This document shows, piece by piece, positions 63,915 to 64,000 of a stretch of 64,000 bases of DNA. The stretch is from contig CAVNZM010000008.1 in NCBI GenBank assembly GCA_963693365.1, positions 2,510,313 through 2,574,312 on the forward strand, read 5' to 3'. Position 1 is the first letter of the stretch, and the number at the start of each line of letters is the position of its first letter. The stretch is from Amoebidium appalachense. Its lineage: Eukaryota; Protista; Ichthyosporea. The position numbers were made by a program, and so were the translations under genes. The notes below the pieces were generated by a model. The model was not told the DNA's origin. It saw only the letters and a list, made by a program, of their open reading frames with translations, and ran no database searches.

Positions 63915-64000
63915 ACTCTTTGTATAGAAAAAAATACACGACTCTATTTGCTGCTAAAACTGTGACGTCACAATGACGCATCAGCTCCAATAGCTGAGAC

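Larger units (their letters stand above)
51900..64000. mobile_element. Virus-like or giant mobile-element insertion (class undetermined; right end outside window, left end approximate)
   Basis: Abrupt change to compact, GC-rich, mostly intronless ORFs with KilA-N, AntA-like and PD-(D/E)xK domains, which are typical of large DNA viruses and phages. No capsid, polymerase, integrase, TIR or TSD was seen. Confidence 0.7.

Overview
Eukaryotic genomic DNA with two distinct parts. (1) About 1-51.7 kb is intron-rich host sequence full of G/C homopolymers and (CA)n tracts, which explain almost all ORFs in the supplied track. I reconstructed by hand the 5' part of an RME-8/DNAJC13 gene (minus strand, ~39 exons, running off the left edge). 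It contains one U12-type AT-AC intron and two GC-AG introns. Also present are an MscS-like channel gene with an EF-hand (minus strand, ~21 exons) and two small single-TM ORFs. An animal-like RME-8 together with an MscS-like channel suggests a non-animal eukaryote, possibly a unicellular holozoan (inference). (2) About 51.9-64 kb is a compact, intron-poor, virus-like or mobile island. It encodes a KilA-N protein, two inverted paralogues with an antirepressor (AntA-like) DNA-binding domain, a BAG-domain protein, an AntA-like/PD-(D/E)xK nuclease and small orphan ORFs, with nested inverted repeats and palindrome arrays. The most unusual observation concerns the variable loop of these DNA-binding domains. 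In the KilA-N gene it holds an in-frame palindrome duplication. In one AntA-like paralogue it holds a spliceosomal intron filled with a palindrome array. In the other paralogue, the same splice donor is followed by an antisense nuclease gene. No capsid, polymerase or integrase gene is visible, so the element class is not determined. All family calls rest on motifs recognised by eye; no searches were run.
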